Sequence record: NC_028659.1
Length of the DNA stretch: 64,000 nt
From: Klebsiella phage vB_KpnM_KB57
Direction: 5' to 3' (one strand)
The translations under genes were made by a program, and so were the position numbers. Positions 1 to 10,293 of the stretch are shown here, piece by piece (within the stretch, counting starts at the first letter, position 1; each line of letters opens with the position of its first letter). The notes below the pieces were generated by a model that was not told the origin of the DNA, searched no databases, and saw only the letters and a list, made by a program, of their open reading frames with translations.

Positions 1-96
1 GAAAGTTCTAATGAGGGTCTGTTTTGTGTCTGCGATAAGGTCATCAAGAGAGGGGATAGTGAAACCGTAATCGCTCAATCCATATTGAGTTGCCAA
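1..96 (-). CDS. hypothetical protein, 5' end only (gene runs off window start)
   Basis: Open minus-strand frame beginning TTG about 4 nt after a strong AAAGGAGGA SD (rc of 101-109). It lies downstream of the terminator that follows the first tail-fibre gene. Confidence 0.3.
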   Translation of the reverse strand, partial: MATQYGLSDYGFTIPSLDDLIADTKQTLIRTF

Positions 97-184
97 TTCG
101 TCCTCCTTTCAGGACCATGATTCTTTTGTATATTTTACCATACGTGGCAGTGTTTTGCAAATAAAGGGGGAGGGGTCATAAATG

Positions 185-206
185 AAAAAACCACCCCGGA
201 GGGTGG
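185..206 (-). terminator. rho-independent terminator after tail-fibre gene
   Basis: Minus-strand hairpin CCACCC-UCCG-GGGUGG followed by a U7 run, immediately after the TAA at 207-209. Confidence 0.6.
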
Positions 207-1034
207 TTAGTTACCGGACAGAGAATTTTCCAAGGCTGAAAGGCGCTTGTCAAGATCTTCCTGCACCGCAATTGTTGCTCTAAGTATCCAAAATAAGAGT
301 TCTTCTTTTCTAAAAGCGAATTCTTCACCTGCGGGAGTATCCCCATTCGCTTCCCAGCTATCATAGCAGAAAGCTGAATACTTGGTCCAATCGAGACCGT
401 GTTTGAGCATGACCTTAATAGCATCCTGCACAGTAGGCCCTGAATGAAGCCTAGCAGCACCCTTTTCAGAAGAGTATTTAGACAACCATTGCCATACAGA
501 ATCTAGTTTCCCAATTTCATAAAAAGCTTTTGCTTCTGTAGGTGTGATTTGTCGAAGATTTGTTTTCTTCTTTTTATTTGAGGTGGAGATTACACTGTTA
601 ACTGCATACACTTGACTCCAACGCAGGGATGTTGTACCGTTGGACAATACATTGTCTACCTTAGGAGAAAATGATGCTAAAGGTGTTGATATTTGAACAC
701 CATAAGTTCTTTGCACAGGGCTAAGGGCAATGGTGTCAACATGTGTTCCGATCTCATTCCCAGTAGTAGAGAAATAATATAAGTTCTGCCAACTATTAGA
801 AAGACTATCCAAAACTTGCTGTACAGTAGCCCCCGAGTGAGTCCCTATGACGGAGGCGCCTGTGATACCTGTTACTTCACTTCTTTTCAGAAGTCCTATA
901 TCGGTGATGAACTTATTAATGGATGTCTTCTCAGTGTCAGTGGAAGATTGGATAATAATTTCATCACTGCCTGTTACAAGAGTTTTATCAGAAAGATTTT
1001 TTATCTTGATAACAGGTAGTTCTATTGTAGCCAT
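207..1034 (-). CDS. tail fibre protein (putative)
   Basis: Last gene of the minus-strand tail module; Ser/Thr/Gly/Asn-rich with a coiled-coil-like C-terminal segment; own terminator downstream. Confidence 0.45.
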   Translation of the reverse strand: MATIELPVIKIKNLSDKTLVTGSDEIIIQSSTDTEKTSINKFITDIGLLKRSEVTGITGASVIGTHSGATVQQVLDSLSNSWQNLYYFSTTGNEIGTHVDTIALSPVQRTYGVQISTPLASFSPKVDNVLSNGTTSLRWSQVYAVNSVISTSNKKKKTNLRQITPTEAKAFYEIGKLDSVWQWLSKYSSEKGAARLHSGPTVQDAIKVMLKHGLDWTKYSAFCYDSWEANGDTPAGEEFAFRKEELLFWILRATIAVQEDLDKRLSALENSLSGN

Positions 1035-1207
1035 TTTTTACCCCCAATTAACCCATATTTAGAGACCGCAATTTTATCATCTGTCGTTAAAATCCCACCC
1101 ATAAGAATTGTAGAACTAAATCGGGCCATGATTATTTTGTATATTTTATCACGCAAGACATTGATTTGCAACAATAGCAAGGGATGCAAAAAGTCAAGAG
1201 ATTAAAA

Positions 1208-1232
1208 CAAAAAGGCCCGTAAGGGCCTCTTT
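1208..1232 (-). terminator. rho-independent terminator
   Basis: Minus-strand AGGCCC-UUAC-GGGCCU hairpin followed by UUUUUGUUUU, just downstream of the stop at 1234. Confidence 0.6.
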
Positions 1233-1233
1233 A

Positions 1234-2061
1234 TTATGGAATTGTGGATGGGTCTGTAGGGATTGTGTCCCCAGCATATTTCCCACCGGTTCCAAAGTTA
1301 ATGTTGTAAATCTGCTGCTCTGAGTTCAACAGTTCTGCATATGTCATACCAGAAGCATCGATATCAACAAAGTGCATACGATAAAGGACAAATGATTTAC
1401 AAGAGTTGTTTACCAATGAACCGAAGCCAGATGCAGCACCCCATACAGGAAGGTCTTGGTAATAAACTGTAGAAGTGAAATCAGTCCCAGCTTTATCTGA
1501 TTGCAGACCCATCAGTGCGGGAGCACTCTGAACCGTATTCGGCAGACGAAAAACGATCAGTCTGTTAGATGATGGAGACGTCTGCGAAGCAATCAGCGCT
1601 TCTGTTGCGGATGTTGCACCAGTCCCTGCTCCGGCTCTTGTCACACGATAGTGCATGAAGAGTGCAAATTTATGGTCATTTTGGTGTGTAGCAACATACT
1701 CCATGATGCCCGGAGTTTGGAATCTACCCCTGTGACCTGCGACTTGGTTCGCCTGGGAAAGAATACCATGCAACCCGCCCTTTGGCGTTCTTTCAAACTT
1801 AGCCTCAGGGGTGGCCCCTGTAAGACCAAGTGTATTTGACCAAGTGAATGCCAGATCGGCCTCAGTCTTCCCAGTCAATCTTGTTGCTTCAGAAACCGCA
1901 AGATTGGGGATTCCGGTAACAACAGAAGTGAAATCAATATTACCAAGCTGGCTGGCATCCAGCAATGCCAGCGAACCATCGGTAAGGCCTGGGTAGGCCC
2001 TCAGTTGAGGCAGTCTACTATCTGTAAACTGAGCGCCTTTCAGGTTATAAAGAATGCCCAT
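1234..2061 (-). CDS. tail fibre / distal tail structural protein (putative)
   Basis: 275-aa Gly/Thr/Ser-rich ORF inside the tail-fibre gene block, with its own terminator. Confidence 0.4.
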   Translation of the reverse strand: MGILYNLKGAQFTDSRLPQLRAYPGLTDGSLALLDASQLGNIDFTSVVTGIPNLAVSEATRLTGKTEADLAFTWSNTLGLTGATPEAKFERTPKGGLHGILSQANQVAGHRGRFQTPGIMEYVATHQNDHKFALFMHYRVTRAGAGTGATSATEALIASQTSPSSNRLIVFRLPNTVQSAPALMGLQSDKAGTDFTSTVYYQDLPVWGAASGFGSLVNNSCKSFVLYRMHFVDIDASGMTYAELLNSEQQIYNINFGTGGKYAGDTIPTDPSTIP

Positions 2062-2070
2062 TTAATCCCC

Positions 2071-4395
2071 TTATCTATAGAAGTGATTTTTTGTAAGAAT
2101 ATCTGCAACACCGTCCCTTGCAGGAACGTTTGTATAGCCAGTGCCAAGAGAGAATCCATCTCCACCATAACACAATGCTGTGCCTCCTGCATTGCTAAGG
2201 TGCGTTCTGTCAATGGAGTTTTCGATCCAAGTTCCGCCGGAGTTATAAATAACGTTACCAACATTAGAAGAGGTATCTGTTCTCAGGTAATAGTCCCCTG
2301 AAGATCCTCCGGTTGGTAAGGCAGTTCCTGTCCATGTTCCTTTATACACTAACTGATTAGTTGTTAATCCGGTAAGCGTGGAACCGTTAAAGAAAGACCA
2401 CGGCAAAATGCCATATTTGGCAGCAACTTGTTTCTCTGTCATTCCTGGGAATGTAGGATCAATTGCATCTGTTGCAGCAGACAGGAGAATCTCATATGTA
2501 TTGGCATATCTTCCAGGCATGATTCTTGAATACCAGTCAGAAAGCTCATACAAGATACCAGTTTTAGCAAATTGGTCTTCTTGTTGTTGCACAACAATTC
2601 GTGTTCCGTTCCAAGTCATGGTTCTCTGACCAAGGATAGTCAAGAACAATGTCTTAATATCCCTTGCGCCAGCAAGTTGAGCCATTTGCATGGACACTTC
2701 TCGTAATTGAGCCGCATTCAGGTCTGTGCTTGGTTGGTTATTTTGACCATGCCATACAACAATCGTCTGTGCCTTGTAGTTATCTCCCCAAGAAAGAATT
2801 TCTTTCTTGAACATTCCGAGAACTTGCTCAGAAGTAGAACCACCATAAGACCTGACTTCACCAGTTACACCTGTTGCAGAAATGATCTGTGTTCCAGAGG
2901 ACCCGCTACCAAACATGGAATCGCCGATCAGCAACTGCTTGCTTCCAAGAACTTCTTGGATCAGTGTCATAACTTGAGCCTTCATTCTGACACCAACCGG
3001 AACATCATTTTTATCTGTTCTACGGACTTCCCATTCGTCAGAATTTGATGTGCATCTTAGGGCAACAGAACCGCCAGCAGCCACCGTAATCACAACATCA
3101 TCATTCATGACCTTAATCCATCCAGAACCATCATACCATCCATAATCACCAACGGCATAGGTGTCTGCACCTATTACTCCTGTTGAGGTGGCTTGGTATA
3201 CCCCGTTCTTAATTGGGTCGGTCGGTAGAGATGCAGGGGTGAATTCTCCTGCGTAGAAAAGTCTGTCTGAGGAGCTTGGAATAGCTACCCATGTTGGTGT
3301 AAGTCGAGCACCACCCGCAGTTTGGTTGGTCAAGAACATCAGCTTATCGCCCTGTTTCACTTCCATCGCATCAAACCAGCCGTCGGCAGTTATGGTAAAG
3401 TACATATCAGGTGCTCTTTGAGCACCACGCCCTGGGGATGGTTGAATTGCCCAAGCAGCGCCGTCATAAACAAGATGATCTCCAAGATAGATATCTTGAC
3501 CATTCCATGTTCCGGGGGTCGTTTCTGAGATGTTATTGTTGCTATTATATACTTCATAGGTATAATAGTCACCAGCATTAAACGTTCCCGTCGGTGTGCT
3601 TACCGGAGTGCTAGTGAAGCGCCCCTTTTTAACTTTGGACTGCAATGCCCCAGGAGAATATGCCCCAACAAAAGCTTTTCCTGTGAACTGAAGACCTGCT
3701 GATTTTCTAAACTGTAAAGAAACACCAGAGGTATTTACACCGATCATCGCCTTACAGATATGGGATGGGAATTGCGCCCATCCTGAACCTGCTTTACGAA
3801 TAGTTCTGACAGAAATCTCTGCCATTGCTGCACGCATAGGTTCCGGTCTGGCATCTACAACATCTGCGGCTACTGGGATGATATTTGCCGTTACCTCATC
3901 AGCGAGGTTCTTCATCAGCACCACTTGCTCACCTAAGGCGAATAGTGGAATAGTGACGTGACCATCAACTGCAACTAAAAGGGCATAACGAAGAGTAACG
4001 GGGTCTCTTAGGCCATATACATACCCAGTATCTGGACTTAGAGATACAGGAACCAATTGAGACATCTCTTCATCGAGAGAAGTTAGGCCAACACTTGCTT
4101 CAGGGATCTTGAGCATTGGCATGGTAACCGTTCCGTTAACGGAAACAAGCATAGCATATTTTTTAGTAACAGGATCTCTTAGACCAAAAACATAGCCTGT
4201 TTCGGCACTCATACTTTCAGGAAGGAGTGTAGCCACCTCATCAGCGAGGTTGTTAAGGGTAATCACCCCCTGCCCAGCAGACAGAATTGGAATCTCTACC
4301 GTCCCTGCTGTTGTTACCCGTAAAGCAGATCTCTGAGTAACAGGATCTCTTAGACCAAAAACATAACCTGTTTCCGGGCTAAGGTTTTCTGGCAA
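2071..4395 (-). CDS. tail fibre protein with N-terminal triple tandem repeat and C-terminal SGNH/GDSL-type esterase domain
   Basis: Three ~58-aa repeats each containing ETGYVFGLRDPVT. The C-terminal third carries SGNH blocks LLIGDSMFGSG (GDS), VWHGQNN (GxN[ND]) and IDRTHLS (DxxH). Annotated start is TTG with a 46-nt overlap of the upstream fibre gene. Confidence 0.55.
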   Translation of the reverse strand: MPENLSPETGYVFGLRDPVTQRSALRVTTAGTVEIPILSAGQGVITLNNLADEVATLLPESMSAETGYVFGLRDPVTKKYAMLVSVNGTVTMPMLKIPEASVGLTSLDEEMSQLVPVSLSPDTGYVYGLRDPVTLRYALLVAVDGHVTIPLFALGEQVVLMKNLADEVTANIIPVAADVVDARPEPMRAAMAEISVRTIRKAGSGWAQFPSHICKAMIGVNTSGVSLQFRKSAGLQFTGKAFVGAYSPGALQSKVKKGRFTSTPVSTPTGTFNAGDYYTYEVYNSNNNISETTPGTWNGQDIYLGDHLVYDGAAWAIQPSPGRGAQRAPDMYFTITADGWFDAMEVKQGDKLMFLTNQTAGGARLTPTWVAIPSSSDRLFYAGEFTPASLPTDPIKNGVYQATSTGVIGADTYAVGDYGWYDGSGWIKVMNDDVVITVAAGGSVALRCTSNSDEWEVRRTDKNDVPVGVRMKAQVMTLIQEVLGSKQLLIGDSMFGSGSSGTQIISATGVTGEVRSYGGSTSEQVLGMFKKEILSWGDNYKAQTIVVWHGQNNQPSTDLNAAQLREVSMQMAQLAGARDIKTLFLTILGQRTMTWNGTRIVVQQQEDQFAKTGILYELSDWYSRIMPGRYANTYEILLSAATDAIDPTFPGMTEKQVAAKYGILPWSFFNGSTLTGLTTNQLVYKGTWTGTALPTGGSSGDYYLRTDTSSNVGNVIYNSGGTWIENSIDRTHLSNAGGTALCYGGDGFSLGTGYTNVPARDGVADILTKNHFYR

Positions 4396-5348
4396 AATCC
4401 TTGAGTACCCAGGGAAGCAATATATTCCGAAAGTTGTTTCAGCACCTCTTGAGAAGGGACTCTCCTTCCAGTCAGCTCCAATGTTCCGTTATTATTGATA
4501 TACTCATCAGACATATATCCATACTCAGAACTTTTCACAAGAACATTCTGTTGGTTAGGGATATTCCCGTCCGCTATCTGAGCTTGGGCATCGGCTACCG
4601 TTGCGAATGTGCGAAGCGTCTTGGCTATTGCAGCAGAGCCTGGCATACTCGCAACTTCTTGTGCAACCCCTGCGTTATTAAGATAGGCTTTAAAAGAAAC
4701 AGAGCTTCCTGATCCTTGGGGGACTTGGAAATATTGTCCAGAAGTTGTTGCCGCAAGGCCAGCCGCAGTGTTTGGATATAGATTTCCAAATTCTGAAGCC
4801 TGAAGTACGTAAGCCTCGGCTTGATTTTTGGCCTCAACAGCCTCATCTTTTGCTTCTACCGCCTCATTTTTTATCTCGGTAACTTCATCTAATAGGCTTA
4901 ACCCTCCAACGGTAAGCCATTCAGATCCTGTATTGGACGGTGTTGATCCAGCAGGTACAGATTTTGGAAAAGTACCCGACCAAGTGTAACATTGTGCCCC
5001 CGACATATGCCAAATAGCATCGGTTGTGTAGGTAAGGGTCGCTCCTTCCTCAAAAGAACCGTCCACAAGTGTCAAACCAAGGTCGTGGAGTGCTCTTCTC
5101 CAAAGTTCTCTTGTATTTGCGCGATCGGTATCAAGACTTTTCTGAACTCCCTCGCCATCTTCTGTGCCGATAATACCAGCCCCACCAGGTCCTGTCAAGG
5201 ATGATTTATTTGCCAAGTCAAGGTCTGAGATAACCTGAGAGGCGGTGGCCTTTTTGGTCTTATCCGGTTGTTCTACAACAAGGTAGTCGTCTCCGACCAC
5301 TTGGGTTGCAGAGGGTAACTCCGCAATTTTAATTGTTTCTAAGGCCAT
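4350..5348 (-). CDS. tail fibre protein (N-terminal baseplate-attachment module)
   Basis: Its N-terminus (IAELPSATQVVGDDYLVVEQPDKTKKATASQV) is paralogous to the N-terminus of the 5540-7501 fibre. Contains a coiled-coil EAVEAKDEAVEAKNQAEA. Confidence 0.5.
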   Translation of the reverse strand: MALETIKIAELPSATQVVGDDYLVVEQPDKTKKATASQVISDLDLANKSSLTGPGGAGIIGTEDGEGVQKSLDTDRANTRELWRRALHDLGLTLVDGSFEEGATLTYTTDAIWHMSGAQCYTWSGTFPKSVPAGSTPSNTGSEWLTVGGLSLLDEVTEIKNEAVEAKDEAVEAKNQAEAYVLQASEFGNLYPNTAAGLAATTSGQYFQVPQGSGSSVSFKAYLNNAGVAQEVASMPGSAAIAKTLRTFATVADAQAQIADGNIPNQQNVLVKSSEYGYMSDEYINNNGTLELTGRRVPSQEVLKQLSEYIASLGTQGFCQKTLARKQVMFLV

Positions 5349-5539
5349 CTTTTATCCTCCAAGAAATTCGCCTGAGACAGTCTATGGTGATTGTCATATA
5401 ATTGTTAAAGCTTTGCATGGCGAAGGTGGGCCACCATATCCGCCACAACAGGTTGTTCTTCACTAATCTTTGCAGGCCATAGTTAGTACGAATGGTTGCG
5501 TATGCCATTATTGTGGCCCATTTTCATTTCTATGTTGTT

Positions 5540-7501
5540 TTATGAAAAAGCTACTGTTTCTATAGGGTAGGTAGCGTAAATCGGTGTTCCTGCCGGAACA
5601 GCGGTTACTATCGCCGGATTTATTGTCACGCGATAAATCCCGCCCGATACGTAAGGCGCTCTAGTCACGACAGTTTTTAAATCTGCCCCATCAACTCCCG
5701 CTCCAGGTATAGTTATTTGGAGGCCTGCTGACTTTGTATTAGTCGCGGCCCAATCTAGACCTGCCGTATTAGCTTCTATGTAATTCTGTCCGGCAGCGGC
5801 TGCCTTGATAGCATCGTTACTGTTCACCAGCGCCCCGCTCTTAGTGACGAGCCAGCCTCCTCCAGCAATAGCGGGATCTGTTGAACTCTTGTAGACACGA
5901 TCGCCCTGAACGAATGGATGGCCTACAGGGAAGGTGGTTCCTGCCGCTAAATATATTCTTCCTGGCTGGACTAATGCCCCCCTTCCTCCGTTGGCGGCAG
6001 AGGATTTGACAATAGGAAAATTGCAACCGCGAACATCCAATATATCTGCATAGATATGGAGTGCTGTACCGTTTGGTGCGTTGTTCTCATCCTGGGAAAT
6101 AACGCCATCAAAAGAACAGGTGATCTGGCTGTTTCTTGTTAATATACCAACCCCTTCACCTGTCGTGTGAGCCATATCAATAGTTAGTGCATTAGCTTTC
6201 AATCCTTTAATACGTAGGTTGCTCATGTAACCTTTGATGAAAGAACCAGCTCCATTTGCTACAACGTTTGAAATATCAATATCCGAGCCAACTGTAGAAC
6301 TGGCCCCGGTGTATATTGATAATCTACCAGACGTGTTGCCATCGCGAATTGTGAAGTTTCTGCATGGTCCTGTATAGGCTCCAGATACGACACCCCAGCT
6401 TGTGGTTATCGCTGGTGTGGTGGCAATATCGACTGGGGTGATAGACCATTGCTCAATAAAAAATTCTCGGCAACCAACAACGGAAATACCAGTCGGAATA
6501 AGGCCGGATGCTGTGTTTATGCTGCTGTCAGGGTATAACTGCACCCCGCGAATAGTAAAATCACGGCTTTTTTCAAGGTGTATTGGCTGACGGCAGCCGA
6601 TGGCGACGACGTTCTCAATCAGAATGTTACTAGCCATGTCTGAATCTGGCGTCTCCAGCGCATAATTTCCAGCACCTGCAATGCCAATACCAATTCCCCA
6701 AAAATCATTAGAGTTCCCCGTCCCTGTGACGCCATTAATGATGACGTTGCGGATTTCTTTCCTCCCCCATGTCTGGACAAGGTTTAGTTCTATAGGGTCG
6801 CCCTTGTGCGCTGTTGCATAGATGTGATTAAGAGAAATGCGAGTAACAGGCGAGCCTGATGCTCCCTGCCCAAGAATCCCATAGTTGTTGTTCGCTAACG
6901 TAAGCCCGTCAATGTCAACCACACCAGGTGAATCCAGAGGGCCGATAAGGATTGCGGCTGTTGCGGTTGAATTCTCCGCGCGAATATTCTTACATACAAA
7001 GTCGCCACCAACATGGCGAACATTGCATTTGCTAAATTTAGCCCTTTCAAGTCTCGCGTTCTTGACCTGAACAACTGTTGCACCAGTACCTATTAAGGTT
7101 CCTCCGAACCATTCAACACCTTCAATACGTAGCGTTTGACCCGATGTAAGGTTATAAACACCATCTGCATTAATCTGGCGTGAAGATGCCGCCGCATCTA
7201 TTACCATTTGGTTCAGGGCGGCTGTAACACTAGGATAAATTCCAGAATTCAAGTAAATTTCGGGTGTAAGATATTGAATGCCGTCTTGTACCGTCCCTCC
7301 TTGCGTAAGACCTGATTTCCCTGCTCCAGTTGGCTGTGCCAGCTCCGCCAGCACTGACTGTTCAACGGCATCTTCAAGATGATTTAAAACTTGAAATAAA
7401 GTTGCCTTCTTTGTATCATCTGGCTGATCAACTACGATTAGGTCATCTTCTGTTAGAGTGTCCGCACTTGGCAACTCTGAAATTTTAACACTCTGTAGCA
7501 T
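5540..7501 (-). CDS. tail fibre / tailspike protein with parallel beta-helix-like repeats
   Basis: Start chosen at the ATG at 7501 (MLQSVKISELPSADTLTEDD...), which matches the conserved fibre N-terminal module. Central region has repetitive Asn/Gly/Ile-rich beta-helix-like units (pectate-lyase-like). Confidence 0.5.
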   Translation of the reverse strand: MLQSVKISELPSADTLTEDDLIVVDQPDDTKKATLFQVLNHLEDAVEQSVLAELAQPTGAGKSGLTQGGTVQDGIQYLTPEIYLNSGIYPSVTAALNQMVIDAAASSRQINADGVYNLTSGQTLRIEGVEWFGGTLIGTGATVVQVKNARLERAKFSKCNVRHVGGDFVCKNIRAENSTATAAILIGPLDSPGVVDIDGLTLANNNYGILGQGASGSPVTRISLNHIYATAHKGDPIELNLVQTWGRKEIRNVIINGVTGTGNSNDFWGIGIGIAGAGNYALETPDSDMASNILIENVVAIGCRQPIHLEKSRDFTIRGVQLYPDSSINTASGLIPTGISVVGCREFFIEQWSITPVDIATTPAITTSWGVVSGAYTGPCRNFTIRDGNTSGRLSIYTGASSTVGSDIDISNVVANGAGSFIKGYMSNLRIKGLKANALTIDMAHTTGEGVGILTRNSQITCSFDGVISQDENNAPNGTALHIYADILDVRGCNFPIVKSSAANGGRGALVQPGRIYLAAGTTFPVGHPFVQGDRVYKSSTDPAIAGGGWLVTKSGALVNSNDAIKAAAAGQNYIEANTAGLDWAATNTKSAGLQITIPGAGVDGADLKTVVTRAPYVSGGIYRVTINPAIVTAVPAGTPIYATYPIETVAFS

Positions 7502-7621
7502 CCTATATTTACCCCTCTTCTTAACATTAGTACATTTTACCACAAAGTTCAAAGATTTAAAAGCACAATGGTCTGCCTTAGGTAGCACAGACCTGAAAGA
7601 AATCTTGAATTGTGATAATTT

Positions 7622-8236
7622 TTATTTTATAGTGTTTATAGCCTTATCGCCTGGGGTAACCACGGGGTCACTTTTTCTGGTCAGAAGGGTCCCTGGTGGT
7701 ACAGGGTTTGCCATATCACCCGCCCAAGTATTCCACCAAGTTGCATCACCAGTCTTAGGTAATCTAAAGTTGATAAGGTAGTATAACTTATTTCCCCAAG
7801 GTATCCAACCCTCATCACCGCAAAGGGTTGTTGTTTCAGGATTTGGCGTCGGGTAGTAGTAATCATCAGCACCCACGAAGGCTATTCTTACAATCTCCTG
7901 CTCTTTTGTTAAGACTTCAAAAAAGGCAGAATAGCTTCTTGTTGTATGGTCCATTACAGACTGGAAATCTGCAATTTCTAAAACATCCGGTTCAAGACGG
8001 GTTATTTCCTTTATCTTATTATCAAGGACCGTCTTCATAACTTTTTTACTTATGTAGGTTCTATATGGAAATCCAAAGGTCTCATCAAAATACCAATCCC
8101 CTGCCCACACATTAAACCTTAGCCATAAGCGCTGTCGTAGACTTACTTGATTGGATTCTATCAACTGAAGACCTGTAGAAACATCAAGATCTCCAGTAAC
8201 AGGGTCCATCAAGAAGTCAGAATAAAGAGTTGCCAT
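7622..8236 (-). CDS. baseplate wedge protein (gp25/W-like, putative)
   Basis: LRQRLWLRFNVWAGDWYFDETFGFPY resembles the GE/RPxFG core of gp25/GpW baseplate proteins; position upstream of the tail fibres fits. Confidence 0.35.
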   Translation of the reverse strand: MATLYSDFLMDPVTGDLDVSTGLQLIESNQVSLRQRLWLRFNVWAGDWYFDETFGFPYRTYISKKVMKTVLDNKIKEITRLEPDVLEIADFQSVMDHTTRSYSAFFEVLTKEQEIVRIAFVGADDYYYPTPNPETTTLCGDEGWIPWGNKLYYLINFRLPKTGDATWWNTWAGDMANPVPPGTLLTRKSDPVVTPGDKAINTIK

Positions 8237-8245
8237 CTATTCCCC

Positions 8246-8947
8246 TCATGCATTTGGAGCATCGGTATTGTTCTGACCACCATCATCTGTCCAAGTATAG
8301 TGATGTGTATGGCGAATAAAATAATCATAAAAATCATTCATGTTTACACCCCGCGCAGTAATAATATTGCCATCAGGGGTAACTTGAGCACCATTCATCT
8401 TAATCGTACCACCAGATTCTGCTGTCAGGTTTGCCGCACCATTATCGAACTTGAAATTCCCAGATTGGTCAACCACTAATTTTCCTACTGGCGTCTCCAG
8501 CGTGAAATCACCAGCAGGCGTCATTGAGAAATGCACCTTGTCGTTCCAAAGTTCAACATTGTCTGGATCGATCGTCATGGCATTCCCATCGCTGTGAACA
8601 CCAATTATCGCCCACCCAGGAAACATATTGTGTGTTGTCTGGTCATTATTATCATTCTCATTCCTTTCTGAGAAGCTCAGACCCACAATATCACCAGGTT
8701 TCACAGGAATCGTTAGGCGGGCTTTTCCTCCATTACCTGAAGGCATTGATAGGGGAACATCAAAAACAGAGCCATAGGCATCCACAGTCCCATCTGGGAA
8801 GTTTGTACTCGCAAGGGGCTGAACTGTTGCAGACGGGATGCTATAGTCCACATCAACTACCGTTGCCCTTAGCCCTGTGTGAATATCTCTGGCCTGTTTT
8901 GCAAACCACTGATTAAGTGCTGCATCCATACGGGTTATTGCTGCCAT
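8246..8947 (-). CDS. baseplate protein (spike/V-like, putative)
   Basis: Start ATG overlaps the upstream stop (TAATG at 8945-8949); lies between putative hub and wedge genes. Confidence 0.3.
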   Translation of the reverse strand: MAAITRMDAALNQWFAKQARDIHTGLRATVVDVDYSIPSATVQPLASTNFPDGTVDAYGSVFDVPLSMPSGNGGKARLTIPVKPGDIVGLSFSERNENDNNDQTTHNMFPGWAIIGVHSDGNAMTIDPDNVELWNDKVHFSMTPAGDFTLETPVGKLVVDQSGNFKFDNGAANLTAESGGTIKMNGAQVTPDGNIITARGVNMNDFYDYFIRHTHHYTWTDDGGQNNTDAPNA

Positions 8948-9936
8948 TAGGCCTCCACAATTCCACCACGGGTTTCTGCAAGTCCTAACTCTGTGATCCA
9001 ATCCCCACCTTCGAGCTGGCCTTTGTGAGTTAAGTATACAACCTTGTAAAAACCTGTGTATTTCTGGCTCTTTAAAAATACAGTTGATTCTGGTATGATT
9101 GCACCATTCATTTCTGTTACCACCACCAACCCCGCGTCCTCTTTTATTTCTGCGGAAGTAGGTACATGAGGCTTAGATGATTTTTTCTTAGACTTGGCCC
9201 TTTTTTCCTTTCTCCTCTTTGCAGGCTCAGGGTTCTGTGGCGTTGGTGAATCATGCATACCAGATTCAGCACTGATCTCAAAAACTGCCCTTTGAAATCT
9301 TTTCCCTTGCGTCGTCCAATATACAGCACCATCTTGAACACTGAAAGTAGATCCTGTATTCTTGGCTAATCTCTCCAAGTTATTTGCGGCGAGGCCCGTA
9401 AAGGACATAGAGTGCTGAAGCGTTTGGTCGCCAAACTTGACGATCTTCCCAATGGGGAGCTTCATATCAGAAGCAAGGTCACTGACTACCGTGTCTATTG
9501 GCGTACCTTTCTTATAAGAGCGAGAGGTCTTTGCCGTTTTAATATTTACTGTTGCATCCCCGAGGATCATCTTTGTCTGACGGGTATTGCCGTCCCACTT
9601 ATCCTGAACAAACTCTACGGTCCCAGAAAAGATAGTCTGATTCTCGCCATCAAACCCGGCCTCAAGAACGATCGCAATGGACTCACGTTGGTTAGCATCG
9701 AGGTAGCTCACCGTCTCATCGGAGAGGTTGTAGATGGTAACATAACCCTTATTAGGCTCCTTCGAATTGTCCTTCTTGACCTCAAACTCGATGTTTGCGG
9801 CACCAGTTTCATTACTGATATAATACGCATCTTTAGCATTCTGGTTGGTATAGTCAGATATATTGGTAGGCTTTTCACCAACATACACTGGTTTACCTAT
9901 CGTTAGCTTATAGGTTCTTGTTCTGTAAGCAGGCAT
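8947..9936 (-). CDS. baseplate/tail structural protein (hub-like, putative)
   Basis: 329-aa ORF in baseplate gene order with a highly basic internal stretch (KRRKEKRAKSKKKSSK). Confidence 0.3.
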   Translation of the reverse strand: MPAYRTRTYKLTIGKPVYVGEKPTNISDYTNQNAKDAYYISNETGAANIEFEVKKDNSKEPNKGYVTIYNLSDETVSYLDANQRESIAIVLEAGFDGENQTIFSGTVEFVQDKWDGNTRQTKMILGDATVNIKTAKTSRSYKKGTPIDTVVSDLASDMKLPIGKIVKFGDQTLQHSMSFTGLAANNLERLAKNTGSTFSVQDGAVYWTTQGKRFQRAVFEISAESGMHDSPTPQNPEPAKRRKEKRAKSKKKSSKPHVPTSAEIKEDAGLVVVTEMNGAIIPESTVFLKSQKYTGFYKVVYLTHKGQLEGGDWITELGLAETRGGIVEA

Positions 9937-9939
9937 TGT

Positions 9940-10293
9940 TTACTCCTCATCGGTAGTTACCTCATCATCAGGAGACGAGTAAAGTAGTTGCAAGTCTGAC
10001 AAAAATCCAATATTGTATCTCCCTACACGTTTAGTGGATTGAGTAAAAGAAAATACTCTCAACTGACCATCGGGGATATTGTCAAGATATTTGAAAGGTG
10101 CAAATATATCAAAAATTGTAGTCAATTTGAAAGATATTGTAGGATCAGAACCAACATCCCCGAAATAGACGAGCCAAGACTCGTCTCTCTCGTTCCATTG
10201 AAAACGCATTTCATAAGTTTGGCTGTCCAGAACCACACGCATCGTCTGATCAGCAAAACCGTCTATGTCCCAAGAAAATGTGATCGCTGCCAT
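9940..10293 (-). CDS. tail structural protein (hypothetical)
   Basis: 117-aa ORF translationally coupled between tape-measure-proximal genes. Confidence 0.3.
   Translation of the reverse strand: MAAITFSWDIDGFADQTMRVVLDSQTYEMRFQWNERDESWLVYFGDVGSDPTISFKLTTIFDIFAPFKYLDNIPDGQLRVFSFTQSTKRVGRYNIGFLSDLQLLYSSPDDEVTTDEE

Noticed and set aside
176-460. 94-aa minus ORF overlapping the first tail-fibre gene
   Set aside because: Alternative frame within a longer, better-supported ORF; no independent signals.
5540-7588. Annotated longer start (MLPKADHCAF...) for the 682-aa fibre ORF
   Set aside because: The first 29 codons lack an SD and are not homologous to the paralogous fibre N-terminus; ATG at 7501 with an AGG/GAGGGG upstream fits better.
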